Source: Nitrospirota bacterium (GTDB lineage: Bacteria; Nitrospirota; Nitrospiria; Nitrospirales; Nitrospiraceae). Taken from it: 64,000 nucleotides of DNA. The stretch lies in assembly GCA_963703955.1 (NCBI GenBank), contig CAVPGK010000011.1:192001-256000 (forward strand), read 5' to 3'. The first letter of the stretch is position 1, and each line of letters opens with the position of its first letter. The notes under the pieces are model-generated. The model was not told the origin of the DNA, did not search any database, and was given only the letters and a program-made list of their open reading frames with translations. Shown in pieces: positions 1 to 9,542 of the stretch. The translations under genes were made by a program, and so were the position numbers.

Positions 1-1842
1 TTTTTTGCGGAGCCGCTGGGCGGAAAGTTGGATGGGCGTTAGCGGATTCTTGATCTCGTGGGCCACCCGCCGCGCCACCTCCTGCCAGGCAGCGACCTTC
101 TGCGCCTTGATCAACTCGGTCAGATCCTCAAAGACGAGCACGAAGCCCAAATCCTGGCCGCCCTCGCTCCGCATCCGGGATAGATTCAAGCCGACCGTCA
201 AAAACTTACCCTGAACCTCCATGGGCCCTTCCAGCGAGTGACTCTCCCGCCCATCGGCCAGAATGCGATCATAGGCCGTCTGAAACAGGTCCAGGCCGAG
301 ATCTTTGAACGCCTCGCTGACCGGACGCCCGCGAAGCCGATCGCCCCACACTCCCAGGATGCGTTCCGCCGAGGGGTTGAACGTCGTGATGATGCCTGCC
401 CGGTCGATCGATAACACGCCGGCGGCGATCGTGTCCACCACGGCTTCGGTATAGGCCCGCCGATCGTCCAGTTCGAGGTTCGATTGGCGGAGCGAGTTGT
501 TCACTTCTTCCAATTTGGACTTATTGATTTTCAAATCACGGGTCATCCGATTGAAGGATTCCACGAGCGTTCCGATTTCATCGGTGGCCTTGGCGACAAT
601 CCTGACATTGAGGTTGCCTCGGGCGATGGCCACGGTGGCCTCCGCCAGCCGCTGGATCGGAACGGTAATGCCGCGAGCCACATAGAATCCGAACCATGTG
701 GCGCCGAAGAGGATCAAGACGGTGATCACCCCGACGAACAAGTAGGCACCTGCCTTGATCGGGTTTTTCATCGCCTTGACTTTCTTGTACTCCGTATATT
801 GATTGGAGATTTCCGCCCATTTGGTCAGAAGCGATCCGGGAACGTAGTTGTCAACCACGACGACGCCCGCCACCGCCCCTTGTTTCATGTTGGAAAGGAT
901 GGGAACACCGGCACGGATGAGCTTCCCATTCAGCGACTCCTGCTCGGACGTCAATTCACGGTTCCCGTTCAAGACTTGGAGCACGAGCTGTCCCACGGGA
1001 AGATCCAGCACCATAGCCGGCACGTTGGGATCCACGGTCTTGGTGAGGGTTTCCATCTTGGAAGAGAAGACTTCCACACCGGCGACATTGTGCTCCGCCC
1101 GCTTGCGGGACATGGTGGCCACCAAGAGATCCCGCTGTTCGGCGGTCATCATATCCTCACGAAAGATCTCTCTGCCGATGGCGCGCGCGCTGTTCACGGC
1201 CAAGCTAATATGACCTTCACGGTTCATGCGGGCCACATCGTAGGCGTCTTTGAGCACCGCCTCGATTTGGTCGTTGAACCAGACGTCCACCGCTTTGTTG
1301 ACCAGCCCGCTGAGCACAATGGCCAGCAATACTGTTGGAACGAGGGAGAAGCCGATAAAGGCCGCCACTAGCTTCGTGCGGAACCCCGATCCCAACAGGC
1401 GATGCCGGCGTTCAAAATAGGCTTTGATCAGGTTTCTGGACAGCAATAGACTAAGGACGACCAAGCCGATCAGGTCCAGATTGATCAGGAGCAGAACGAA
1501 AGCATACCCTGCGCCGGGCATCAGGGAATCGTTCTCCACCCCGCCGGGCAGCGCATAGTGCGAATAGTAAATCGTCAGGACCAGGCACGGAATCAAAAAC
1601 AGGAGAACGATCCAAACTGGGCGCAAATGCGGCCCTCGTCGATCGCCTTCGACAGCCGTCTCTTCAGGTTGGCGAGGCAACGGCTCCTGCTGCACCAATG
1701 ACCGCTCGTCGAGCTCAGGGGCTTGGGGAAGAGCCCTTCGGCCGATCCCTTGCGCGGAGCTTAGGGCCGATCCCTCAACAGATGTGTCTGGCCTGCTTGG
1801 ACGCTTTGGCACGTCACTGGTAGAGCGAAAGAGGTCGGCCAT
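1..1842 (-). CDS. ntrY: NtrY-like PAS/HAMP sensor histidine kinase (3' end runs off the window)
   Basis: Not in the ORF track. Manual minus-strand translation from ATG 1842 (overlapping the upstream TGA) gives TM segments, HAMP/PAS-like regions and the H-box AAWQEVARRVAHEIKNPLTPIQLSAQRLRKK at about 1-95. Confidence 0.85.
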   Translation of the reverse strand, partial: MADLFRSTSDVPKRPSRPDTSVEGSALSSAQGIGRRALPQAPELDERSLVQQEPLPRQPEETAVEGDRRGPHLRPVWIVLLFLIPCLVLTIYYSHYALPGGVENDSLMPGAGYAFVLLLINLDLIGLVVLSLLLSRNLIKAYFERRHRLLGSGFRTKLVAAFIGFSLVPTVLLAIVLSGLVNKAVDVWFNDQIEAVLKDAYDVARMNREGHISLAVNSARAIGREIFREDMMTAEQRDLLVATMSRKRAEHNVAGVEVFSSKMETLTKTVDPNVPAMVLDLPVGQLVLQVLNGNRELTSEQESLNGKLIRAGVPILSNMKQGAVAGVVVVDNYVPGSLLTKWAEISNQYTEYKKVKAMKNPIKAGAYLFVGVITVLILFGATWFGFYVARGITVPIQRLAEATVAIARGNLNVRIVAKATDEIGTLVESFNRMTRDLKINKSKLEEVNNSLRQSNLELDDRRAYTEAVVDTIAAGVLSIDRAGIITTFNPSAERILGVWGDRLRGRPVSEAFKDLGLDLFQTAYDRILADGRESHSLEGPMEVQGKFLTVGLNLSRMRSEGGQDLGFVLVFEDLTELIKAQKVAAWQEVARRVAHEIKNPLTPIQLSAQRLRKK

Positions 1843-3137
1843 CACGCACTCCGACTGGTCTGCCTAGATACCCAGGCGGCTTCAAAGTCACGATACGTCG
1901 TTTGAAAGACGATTTCAAATGCCGCGGCAAACTCCGGTGTCATTGCAAGAGTCTCGATCAGGCGCCGGACTTTGGTCAAACCGTAAAGATCGACGATCGT
2001 CCGCGTGGCGCTATAGCCTTCGGCATAGGCGAGTTGGACGTCCCGTGGTGGAAGGTCCACGAAGCTTCCATGGAGCGCGTGTAGCGGGATCAGTTCACCC
2101 CGACGGCGCGCGAGGATGTCTCGGCCCCAGGTGACTGGACGGCCCTCAAAATAGAGTGCCAAGCCTTCCTGCAGCCAGGTGGGCGCGTGTCCCCGGCTCA
2201 GCCGGTGGACGATCGCATGCGTGTATTCATGGGCAAGGGCTGCGTCGGCATCGTGGCCCCTTTTCAACACCGTTCCAGTGGCTAGATGGATCTTGCCGTC
2301 GTAGAGGCCGCCGACCCAATCCGGGCTTCCCGTCAGTCTCTTGAATCGATCGGCAGAGTAGAGAATGACGATCATGACGTCATCGGAATTCCACCCCAGC
2401 TGTCGACCGACGACCTCGTAGAGCCGTTCGAGGCGAGCGATTACGTCGTTCGCGATTCGACGTTGGCCGATCTCAAATTTCAGAACAAAATGAGGGCTCA
2501 GGATCCGGGACAGGTGCGCCTCTTCCTGAGAAGCCCGACGCGCGGTAAAGAGGCCGTCTTGCACGGTTAGATCGTTGGGATCCTGCCGAGCGGCCGCTTC
2601 GTAGTGCCTGACGGAGGCTTCCAATTCGTCGCGCTTGAAGTACAGCTCGCCCAACAGCGCGTGGACGTGTTGGACGTCCGCATCGAGCTCAAGCGCCCGG
2701 GCCAACGCCGCAATCGCGAGATCATGCTGACCGAGCCGGTACCGGCTGAGTCCCAACCCCATCAATAAGGACGGCTCATTGGGGAATAGACGGGTTGCCT
2801 CAGTGAAGGCCAGTGCCGCCCGGTCGAATTCGCCGGATTGAATGAACCCCCACGCGGCTTCCGCTCGTGATGCCATCGGATAGGGGTTGGGCCGACTTTT
2901 CTCAGGAGCGACCGACTCAGGCCCGACCTTGGTCTTCGAGGATTGATCGTCCATCAACCGACCATGGACGGTCGTTTGCGGAGTGCCCGATGGGATCGCC
3001 GGGGTCATGACGGCGGTGGACACTTCGCCGCCGATCTCTCCGCGATCATGGATCTTCCACACGACTCCCCATCCTCCGATGAGAACGAGGAGCCCGAGTG
3101 AGATAACGGTCCACCGACGCGCTTCAAGGTTCATCAA
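1842..3137 (-). CDS. Membrane-anchored TPR protein with C-terminal peptidase MA-like domain
   Basis: N-terminal TM helix, TPR-like helices, HEYTH zincin motif followed by PTWLQEGLA. Confidence 0.8.
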   Translation of the reverse strand: MMNLEARRWTVISLGLLVLIGGWGVVWKIHDRGEIGGEVSTAVMTPAIPSGTPQTTVHGRLMDDQSSKTKVGPESVAPEKSRPNPYPMASRAEAAWGFIQSGEFDRAALAFTEATRLFPNEPSLLMGLGLSRYRLGQHDLAIAALARALELDADVQHVHALLGELYFKRDELEASVRHYEAAARQDPNDLTVQDGLFTARRASQEEAHLSRILSPHFVLKFEIGQRRIANDVIARLERLYEVVGRQLGWNSDDVMIVILYSADRFKRLTGSPDWVGGLYDGKIHLATGTVLKRGHDADAALAHEYTHAIVHRLSRGHAPTWLQEGLALYFEGRPVTWGRDILARRRGELIPLHALHGSFVDLPPRDVQLAYAEGYSATRTIVDLYGLTKVRRLIETLAMTPEFAAAFEIVFQTTYRDFEAAWVSRQTSRSA

Positions 3138-3246
3138 GGATCCCCGCCCTCATCTGCCACACAAAGGGTACGACGAGCGAACATGAAAGACGATGACACA
3201 GGTTGGGGCAATGCACAGAGGAAGGAAGACAATGGCCGACGCGGGC

Positions 3247-3675
3247 CTAGGGCGATTTCGTCGCCGGCTTCGCCGAGGCGAGATCCACGTACTTCATCCG
3301 CAACGCATAGAGCATATCGGTCAGTACGCTTTGCTCCTCGGCCATGAGATTCCCCTTGGTCTTACCTTCCAACATAGAGAGGATATCGATGATTTCCTTC
3401 GCTTGCGACAGATTCACCGGCATCCGTCCCTGCTGCGGATCGAGTTGTTCTCCCATAAGCATCAAGGCCGACGTGCCGAGCGAGAAGATAAAGGAAGAGA
3501 ACGTAACAGGCTGGCGAGGTTCCTGGTCATGAGCCGGTTCCGCGGCGGCGGAACGCGAAAATTCAGCCTGAGTCGCCGATGAGGCTGAAGACCCCGCGGC
3601 GGATGACTCGGCGTGCTCATCACCCCGCCCCCGGCGATCTCGAATGACGAAGGATTTGCTGTCTTCTTCAGTCAT
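3247..3675 (-). CDS. DUF1844 domain protein
   Basis: FSSFIFSL...A...IDILSMLEGKTKGNL...L..LRMKY signature; start moved to ATG 3675. Confidence 0.85.
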   Translation of the reverse strand: MTEEDSKSFVIRDRRGRGDEHAESSAAGSSASSATQAEFSRSAAAEPAHDQEPRQPVTFSSFIFSLGTSALMLMGEQLDPQQGRMPVNLSQAKEIIDILSMLEGKTKGNLMAEEQSVLTDMLYALRMKYVDLASAKPATKSP

Positions 3676-3831
3676 GACGCATCCGACGGGTGTATCGCTG
3701 TGAAATATTACACACTTTCGTGTATTCATGCAAGCCATCGCCCGATTGAATCGCACCGAGAAATCCATGATAATGGCGCGAACCTCGCGTGATCGATAAG
3801 CCGGCCACAGACCTCCGGGGATCAACAAGCA

Positions 3832-4662
3832 ATGTCTAAACGGTTCGATGATCTCGTACAATTGATGGCCAAGCTCCGAGCCCCCGACGGCTGTCCGTGG
3901 GATCGTAAGCAAACCCATGAATCACTGAAACCCTATCTCATCGAGGAAGCATACGAGGTTCTCGAGAGCATTGACCAGAATGATCCGCCCAAGCTTCGGG
4001 AAGAGCTGGGCGATCTGCTCCTACAGGTGCTTTTCCATGGGCAAATCGGCTCCGAGCAGGGGACCTTTACGCTCGAACAGGTCATGCAATCGCTGACGGA
4101 CAAATTGATTCGTCGCCATCCTCATGTCTTCGGTACCCTTGAACAGAAGGCAGGTACCCTCAACCCCGAGGAGGTCAAGGTCCGGTGGGAGCAAATCAAG
4201 CGCGATGAACGAACGGGCACCGGTCAGAGAGGCTCGGCGCTGGACGGCGTTCCGAAGACCCTCCCCGCTCTTCTTCGCGCGTACCAGGTGCAAGCCCGCG
4301 CGTCCCGAGTGGGCTTTGATTGGCCAGGGATCGAACCGGTGCTCCAAAAGCTTGAGGAGGAATTGCAGGAACTTCGCGAGGCCATGGCAGTTCCATCAAT
4401 CCCCACCTCGTCCGAGTCGCGTCAGACATCCCGGACACAGATTGAGGCGGAGCTCGGGGATGTCCTGTTCACCTTGGTCAACGTCGCACGCTTTCTGAAG
4501 GTCAATCCGGAAGAAGCCCTCCGGAAGACCATTACCCGCTTTTCACATCGATTTGAATTTATCGAAGCGCAGGCGACCGCCTCCGGTCGAACACTCGAAG
4601 AGATGACGCTGACGGAAATGGATGCCCTGTGGGAGGAAGCCAAACATAAGACGTTGGATTGA
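3832..4662 (+). CDS. mazG: Nucleoside triphosphate pyrophosphohydrolase MazG
   Basis: LRAPDGCPWD, EEAYE and two ELGDxL motifs, RRHPHVF. Confidence 0.95.
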   Translation: MSKRFDDLVQLMAKLRAPDGCPWDRKQTHESLKPYLIEEAYEVLESIDQNDPPKLREELGDLLLQVLFHGQIGSEQGTFTLEQVMQSLTDKLIRRHPHVFGTLEQKAGTLNPEEVKVRWEQIKRDERTGTGQRGSALDGVPKTLPALLRAYQVQARASRVGFDWPGIEPVLQKLEEELQELREAMAVPSIPTSSESRQTSRTQIEAELGDVLFTLVNVARFLKVNPEEALRKTITRFSHRFEFIEAQATASGRTLEEMTLTEMDALWEEAKHKTLD

Positions 4663-4674
4663 GACACGAACCTG

Positions 4675-5307
4675 ATGGACAACGAAGAGCATCCGTACGA
4701 GGAAGGTAAGAGAGCCGGGGCCCACCCCTTCGTCGTGATCTTCGGCGTTATCATCGGGCTGTGGTTGCTCATTGTCGTCTTTCTTCCAGGTCCCAAACGG
4801 GATCGGCAGGGCACCGTGCCCGAGAATCCTGAAAACGTTCAGAAAGTCGCTGAAGAACCCGATGCGGCTCCCGTGATGTTTCGTGTGGTGGCCACGATCT
4901 CTGACGTCAACGCCGTCAGTATCGTCGTCCCGCAACAAACCACCACTAGCCAGATTGTCGGTCTCTTAAAGCGCTTCCGCCAAGCGCGTCTCAACAACAC
5001 ACTGTCCGAGCTAGTGCCTCCCACTACGCTCGGTCACAAACTAGGTACGCACGCCATCGCAGACATTTACATCTTTTCCGATCCCAAATATGCTGCTCCG
5101 GATGCGGTTCGCGTGCTCGCCCGGGGAGCCCACGTTCCCGGCGAACTCTATCCTCAAGCCATCCCGTTCGAGGTCGCGATGGAACAGGTGCGCGGTCACT
5201 ATCGGATCGATCTTAACGATACGGGAAACCCCGATCGGGCCTCCTTGGGATTCGCTGATGAATCCGGTGTTCACTCGAAACAATACCGGCGCTTGTTTGG
5301 CACGTAA
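4675..5307 (+). CDS. Hypothetical membrane-anchored protein
   Basis: 210-aa ORF 12 bp after mazG with a single N-terminal TM helix. Confidence 0.7.
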   Translation: MDNEEHPYEEGKRAGAHPFVVIFGVIIGLWLLIVVFLPGPKRDRQGTVPENPENVQKVAEEPDAAPVMFRVVATISDVNAVSIVVPQQTTTSQIVGLLKRFRQARLNNTLSELVPPTTLGHKLGTHAIADIYIFSDPKYAAPDAVRVLARGAHVPGELYPQAIPFEVAMEQVRGHYRIDLNDTGNPDRASLGFADESGVHSKQYRRLFGT

Positions 5308-5523
5308 CCCGGATTCTTTAGGACACCCTCTCCAGAGGTCGTTTCACCGGCTCCTTCACCCTCCCGGTCCCAAGCACGCCGGGACGCGCCTTCCCATTGC
5401 CTGAGCCTACCAAGAGAGGTTCTTCATTGTTTTCACCCGCCCACCCCAAGCCAGCCAGGACCGGCTTTCTTCCCATGGTCCCGGTCAGTAGGGTATTCGT
5501 GAAAATTCGGGTCAATATCAATC

Positions 5524-5722
5524 TTGTACACAATTTCTTCCCAGCCTTGCCGACTGATCCATTTCCTTCCTGCAAAGTTGGCTCGTAACTCTCTCCGTCA
5601 ACTATATCTTGGGGGTGCTGCCGTCTCGAATACAATGCTTAAAACTTGTGCAGGTCGTTCGTTGAGAGTCCAGTGTGGGCTATTATCCTACAGCCTCTGG
5701 GTTATTCACACACTTGTCCACA
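5524..5722. promoter_or_regulatory. Cluster of DnaA-box-like 9-mers
   Basis: TTATTCACA 5702-5710 (fits TTWTNCACA), TTGTCCACA 5714-5722, TTGTACACA 5524-5532, plus weaker boxes at about 5674-5700. Confidence 0.45.
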
Positions 5723-5812
5723 GATTCTGGGGATGCGGAATTTGACCAAGAACCAGTACCCACGGACTGCCTGACCGAATCCTGAGATGAAAATCCGAGA
5801 AGGGAGGTGAGG

Positions 5813-6238
5813 TTAGGATGGGCCTCGCAGTTTCAAATCAACTTTACCGAGGATTTCCTGCCGTAACGACGGCTTATTTTCATTCATCCACGTTTCCAAT
5901 CGTGGGAAGAGGTGGGCTAGCGGGCCGGTGAACGGGCCGACCATGACGTCGTACCGTTCCAAGAACATTGCTTCCTCGTTGGCAATCTGAAGCTTGTGAT
6001 CGGCAATCCGCCGGGACAACAGTTGATTGATGAGCAGTTGTTGACCAGGGCTTCCGCCCTCGATGTCCAACAGCTTCTTCTTGCAATAATCCAATTCGTC
6101 AGAGATGGCGACCTTCACTCGCACTGCATGCGGCGTGGGCCACTGGGCTCGTTGGACCGAGTAATCGTAGGAGAGCACCAATTCGCGCGGCTCTCGGTAG
6201 GGACCACTGACGTTCAGGATCGTAAATGGGTTTTTCAT
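5813..6238 (-). CDS. Hypothetical protein
   Basis: Globular-looking 141-aa ORF co-oriented with the hem operon; start taken at ATG 6238. Confidence 0.65.
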   Translation of the reverse strand: MKNPFTILNVSGPYREPRELVLSYDYSVQRAQWPTPHAVRVKVAISDELDYCKKKLLDIEGGSPGQQLLINQLLSRRIADHKLQIANEEAMFLERYDVMVGPFTGPLAHLFPRLETWMNENKPSLRQEILGKVDLKLRGPS

Positions 6239-6320
6239 GGGAATAGACTGAACGGATATCTGCACGTACAAGACAGGCGGCTCCGTCCTCGGAGATCAAG
6301 TTTGCGACTCGTTTCGGACT

Positions 6321-6932
6321 CTATCGTCTTCGTTCAAACTGAACAAATTTCACCTCACCTTCTCCTTCGGTTGGTCCTCGCCACCCCCGCAAGCCGTCCT
6401 GAACATTGTAGAGATTCGTATACCCCTTGCGGCTCAAGAAGTCGCAGGCCAACCTGCTCCGATCCCCGTTCATGCAATAGACAAAGATCTTGTCCACCAT
6501 CTCCGGAATATCGCTCTTGTACCGGGCCTCGAGCTCTTCGAAAGGGACCAGTTTGGCGCCAGCCGCGTGTTTCACCATGTATTCCCTGGAGGTTCTGACA
6601 TCCACCAGCAGAACATGATCGGACTGCGGCCCTCTCTCCTGCTCGATGATCCGTTGCGCTTCCTCAGCCGAGACGTCCGTATACAAACGCCCATTGAGAA
6701 TCAGATCCGGAGAAACAGGCCTGCCCTCAACCACCGTGGCCAGTTGGAGGCGCAGTGGTTGAACGGCCTCGTGAAGTTCTTCCGGAAATCGCTTCACCCG
6801 GTTGTCAGTATAGTATTGGTCGCGCTTGAGTTGTTTCAGTTCTTTGGTCAACCTGAAGGTCCGTCGCAAGACGAATAGGCCGATGGCCAACGCGGAGAGA
6901 CAAAGGACCCAGAGCACTCCTTCCATACGCAC
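6321..6932 (-). CDS. Membrane-anchored rhodanese-like domain protein
   Basis: LLVDVRT..EY...H..GA, active-site loop YCMNGDRS, LYNVQDGLRGW; N-terminal TM helix. Confidence 0.85.
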   Translation of the reverse strand: MRMEGVLWVLCLSALAIGLFVLRRTFRLTKELKQLKRDQYYTDNRVKRFPEELHEAVQPLRLQLATVVEGRPVSPDLILNGRLYTDVSAEEAQRIIEQERGPQSDHVLLVDVRTSREYMVKHAAGAKLVPFEELEARYKSDIPEMVDKIFVYCMNGDRSRLACDFLSRKGYTNLYNVQDGLRGWRGPTEGEGEVKFVQFERRR

Positions 6933-6978
6933 CTCGACGACGCACTATAAGTCGCCCCTTGGTCCTTGGCAAGCGCTT

Positions 6979-8436
6979 TCAGGACCGGGACCCCAATAGA
7001 TGGCGAATGACGCGCTCGGCCGTCTCGGTCCCATCGCGGATGCAGTCGGGGATACCGATTCCCCGATACCCCGCCCCGGTCACATACATTCCTGGAAATG
7101 CTTGCAGCGCGTCTTGAATCTTCTGAAGTCGCTCGAGATGACCCAAGGTGTACTGGGGCATGCCTCGCTCCCACCGATTCACTTCCACGTAGATCGGGGA
7201 CTCGGTAATTCCCGCGATCTCCTTTAATTCGTTCTTGACCCGTTGCGTCAACGTGCGGTCATCAACCGCGAGGATCTCCTCGCGCCCGACCCCGCCAACG
7301 TAGCAACGAACCAGGCTCTGCGAAAGCGGGGATCGGTGGCTCCACTTCTGTGACGTCCAGGTCGCGGCCAATAGATCCCGCTGTTCAACACGAGGCACGA
7401 CGAACCCGAACCCTTTCACCCACGGGCCCAGATCGGTGCGGCCATAGGCCAAGGATACCGTGGCGGTGGAGGCATAGGGGATGGCGCCTAGGATATCCGC
7501 CGCTCCAGGAGATAGGTCACGAATCAGCTCACCGGACACATAAGCCGGCGTGGCCAGAACGACCGCGTCCGTGGAAACGACCGGGTGGGCGTCGAACAAG
7601 AGCGCATAGGCTGGCTCGCCGGTCTGAGTGGAGCGCGCTCTGATCGTGGTGACTCGCTGGCCCAGCCTCAACTGGGTTCCCGCTTTTTCAAGGCGGGTAA
7701 TTGTGGTGTTGGTCATTGTATTCAAGCCGTCGCGGAGCGTGACGAACATCGTCCGGCGTTCCGAACCAGGATTACTCGACGGTCTCATTTCCTCTCGACC
7801 TGCCAAGAGTCCGCGGATGAGGCTACCGTGCTGTCGCTCCATGTCATGAAATCGCGGGAAGGTCGCGCGAAGGCTCATCCGTTCCGCATCGCCGGCGTAG
7901 ATGCCGGCCATCAACGGCTCGATGATCCGTTCAAACGCCTCGCGTCCGAGCCGTCGCCGAAAAAACGAGGCGAGCGATTCATCGTCGCCCGCCACCCGCC
8001 TCCGCGGAATCGCCAGGTCCATTGCCATGCGAGCTTTCCCCGACCACGATAAGAGCCCGCTTCGAAGAAACGGACCGATCTCTGTCGGAACCATCATGAC
8101 CAGTCCCTCGGGAAGCGGTCGAAGTCGCCCTCGCGAAAAAACAAAGGCCTTGTTCTCAAGCGGATTGGTGTTGATCAACTGATCACCCAAGCCCAGTTCC
8201 CGGCACAGATCCAGCGCCCACGGCTTCTGGGACAGGAACGAGTCGGGCCCGGCTTCAATCACCAGGCCGCCGACCGTATGGGTCACGATCTTTCCACCCC
8301 ACGCGCGCCCCGCTTCGATCACGCTACAGGTCAGCGGGAGACCCGCCGCAGCCGCGCGAACGTGGAGCGCGAAAGCCGTCGCCAGCCCAGCAATCCCGCC
8401 GCCGACAATGGCCACATGTTTGGGAGAGACTGCCAC
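6979..8436 (-). CDS. hemY: Protoporphyrinogen/coproporphyrinogen oxidase (HemY family)
   Basis: GGGIAGL FAD motif, EAGPDSF, GIYAGD, MPQY, GIGIPDCI. Confidence 0.93.
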   Translation of the reverse strand: MAVSPKHVAIVGGGIAGLATAFALHVRAAAAGLPLTCSVIEAGRAWGGKIVTHTVGGLVIEAGPDSFLSQKPWALDLCRELGLGDQLINTNPLENKAFVFSRGRLRPLPEGLVMMVPTEIGPFLRSGLLSWSGKARMAMDLAIPRRRVAGDDESLASFFRRRLGREAFERIIEPLMAGIYAGDAERMSLRATFPRFHDMERQHGSLIRGLLAGREEMRPSSNPGSERRTMFVTLRDGLNTMTNTTITRLEKAGTQLRLGQRVTTIRARSTQTGEPAYALLFDAHPVVSTDAVVLATPAYVSGELIRDLSPGAADILGAIPYASTATVSLAYGRTDLGPWVKGFGFVVPRVEQRDLLAATWTSQKWSHRSPLSQSLVRCYVGGVGREEILAVDDRTLTQRVKNELKEIAGITESPIYVEVNRWERGMPQYTLGHLERLQKIQDALQAFPGMYVTGAGYRGIGIPDCIRDGTETAERVIRHLLGSRS

Positions 8437-8442
8437 GGAGTG

Positions 8443-9387
8443 TTACCGGACCGTAGAGGAGAGGTGTTCCTCCAAAACTGACGCGAGTGTCTCGATCAAC
8501 GGCGCACCGGCATTCAACATGGGAATCCGTTCGAGCTGCATGCCCTTGGATTCAGCCAGGCGTTTGAACTCGATGTCCACATCGTAGAGCACCTCAAGAT
8601 GATCGGAAATAAATCCGATGGGCGCGATGAGGACGGCCCGGTGGCCGTCACGGTGCAACGCGTCGATCGTCTCCTCGACGGTCGGCCCCAGCCACTTTTC
8701 CCCGGTTAGGCCCTGACTTTGATACGCAAATCGCGCGGACACGTGCCCCAGACGCTCGCATACCGCCGCCATCGTCACACGGACTTCCTCCGGGTAAGGA
8801 TCCTTCATCTCGAGAATCCGTTCGGGCAGACTATGAGCGGTAAAGATGATAGGGACATCCGCGCGAACGTCGGCCGGGAACTTGTTCAAGCTCGTGGTAA
8901 TGTTTTCAGCGACTGCCTTCGTGAGACCCGGATGGCGATGCCAGCTCTGAACGAAACTGATCGGAAAATCACCGCCTAACTCCGCTCTGGCCTCCTCCAC
9001 CTTCTTGACATAGGCGCCGATGCTGAGGGATGAATATTGTGGCGCCATACAGAGCCCAACCAGCCGTTCGGGTTGATCGTCCAGAAGCTCGGCGTAGGCC
9101 TGTTTGATGTAGGGATGCCAATGGCGGAGCCCGACATAGACACGAAACCCCTCCCCGCCCGGTCCGTTTAGTTTCTGTTCAAGCCGCCGCGCGACTTCGC
9201 GAGTAATACCCAGCACCGGCGAGCTGCCTCCCGTCGCTCGATACCGTTCGCGAATTTCGTGCAGGAGGTCCGGAGGCGTCGGCCGCCCTCCCCGAACGTC
9301 TTGTAGATAGGGCTCCACATTGTCCAGGCTGTCAGGCCCTCCCATGGCCATCAACAGCACCGCCACCGGCTTCATCGACCCAGGCAT
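8443..9387 (-). CDS. hemH: Ferrochelatase
   Basis: VLLMAMGGP, PQYS, FTAHSLP, FISDHLEVLYD; ATG 9387 preceded by a GGGGAGAG RBS. Confidence 0.93.
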   Translation of the reverse strand: MPGSMKPVAVLLMAMGGPDSLDNVEPYLQDVRGGRPTPPDLLHEIRERYRATGGSSPVLGITREVARRLEQKLNGPGGEGFRVYVGLRHWHPYIKQAYAELLDDQPERLVGLCMAPQYSSLSIGAYVKKVEEARAELGGDFPISFVQSWHRHPGLTKAVAENITTSLNKFPADVRADVPIIFTAHSLPERILEMKDPYPEEVRVTMAAVCERLGHVSARFAYQSQGLTGEKWLGPTVEETIDALHRDGHRAVLIAPIGFISDHLEVLYDVDIEFKRLAESKGMQLERIPMLNAGAPLIETLASVLEEHLSSTVR

Positions 9388-9416
9388 CTCTCTCCCCTGT
9401 TGGTATCCTGCCTCTC

Positions 9417-9541
9417 CAGAATGCTTAAAAAGGTCTTCCAACAAGGCCGCAGACGAGAAAAAACCGCAAGCGTAGCCTCTGGGCTACGTTAAGGATTTTT
9501 TCGAGTCGAGAACGAAGTTGGAGGCCTTTTTTAGCATTCTG
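9417..9541. repeat. About 125-bp palindromic REP/MITE-like element
   Basis: Terminal inverted repeats CAGAATGCTTAAAAAGGTCTTCCAAC and GTTGGAGGCCTTTTTTAGCATTCTG; internal palindrome CGTAGCCTCTGGGCTACG. Confidence 0.8.
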
Positions 9542-9542
9542 C

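Noticed and set aside
484..1371. 295-aa plus-strand ORF
   Set aside because: Antisense shadow of the NtrY-like kinase, which has clear motifs on the minus strand
5320..5420. Glycine riboswitch-like words (CTCTGGAGAG, GAAGGAGC, CTCAGG) on the minus strand
   Set aside because: The elements are in the wrong order and there is no downstream gene on that strand
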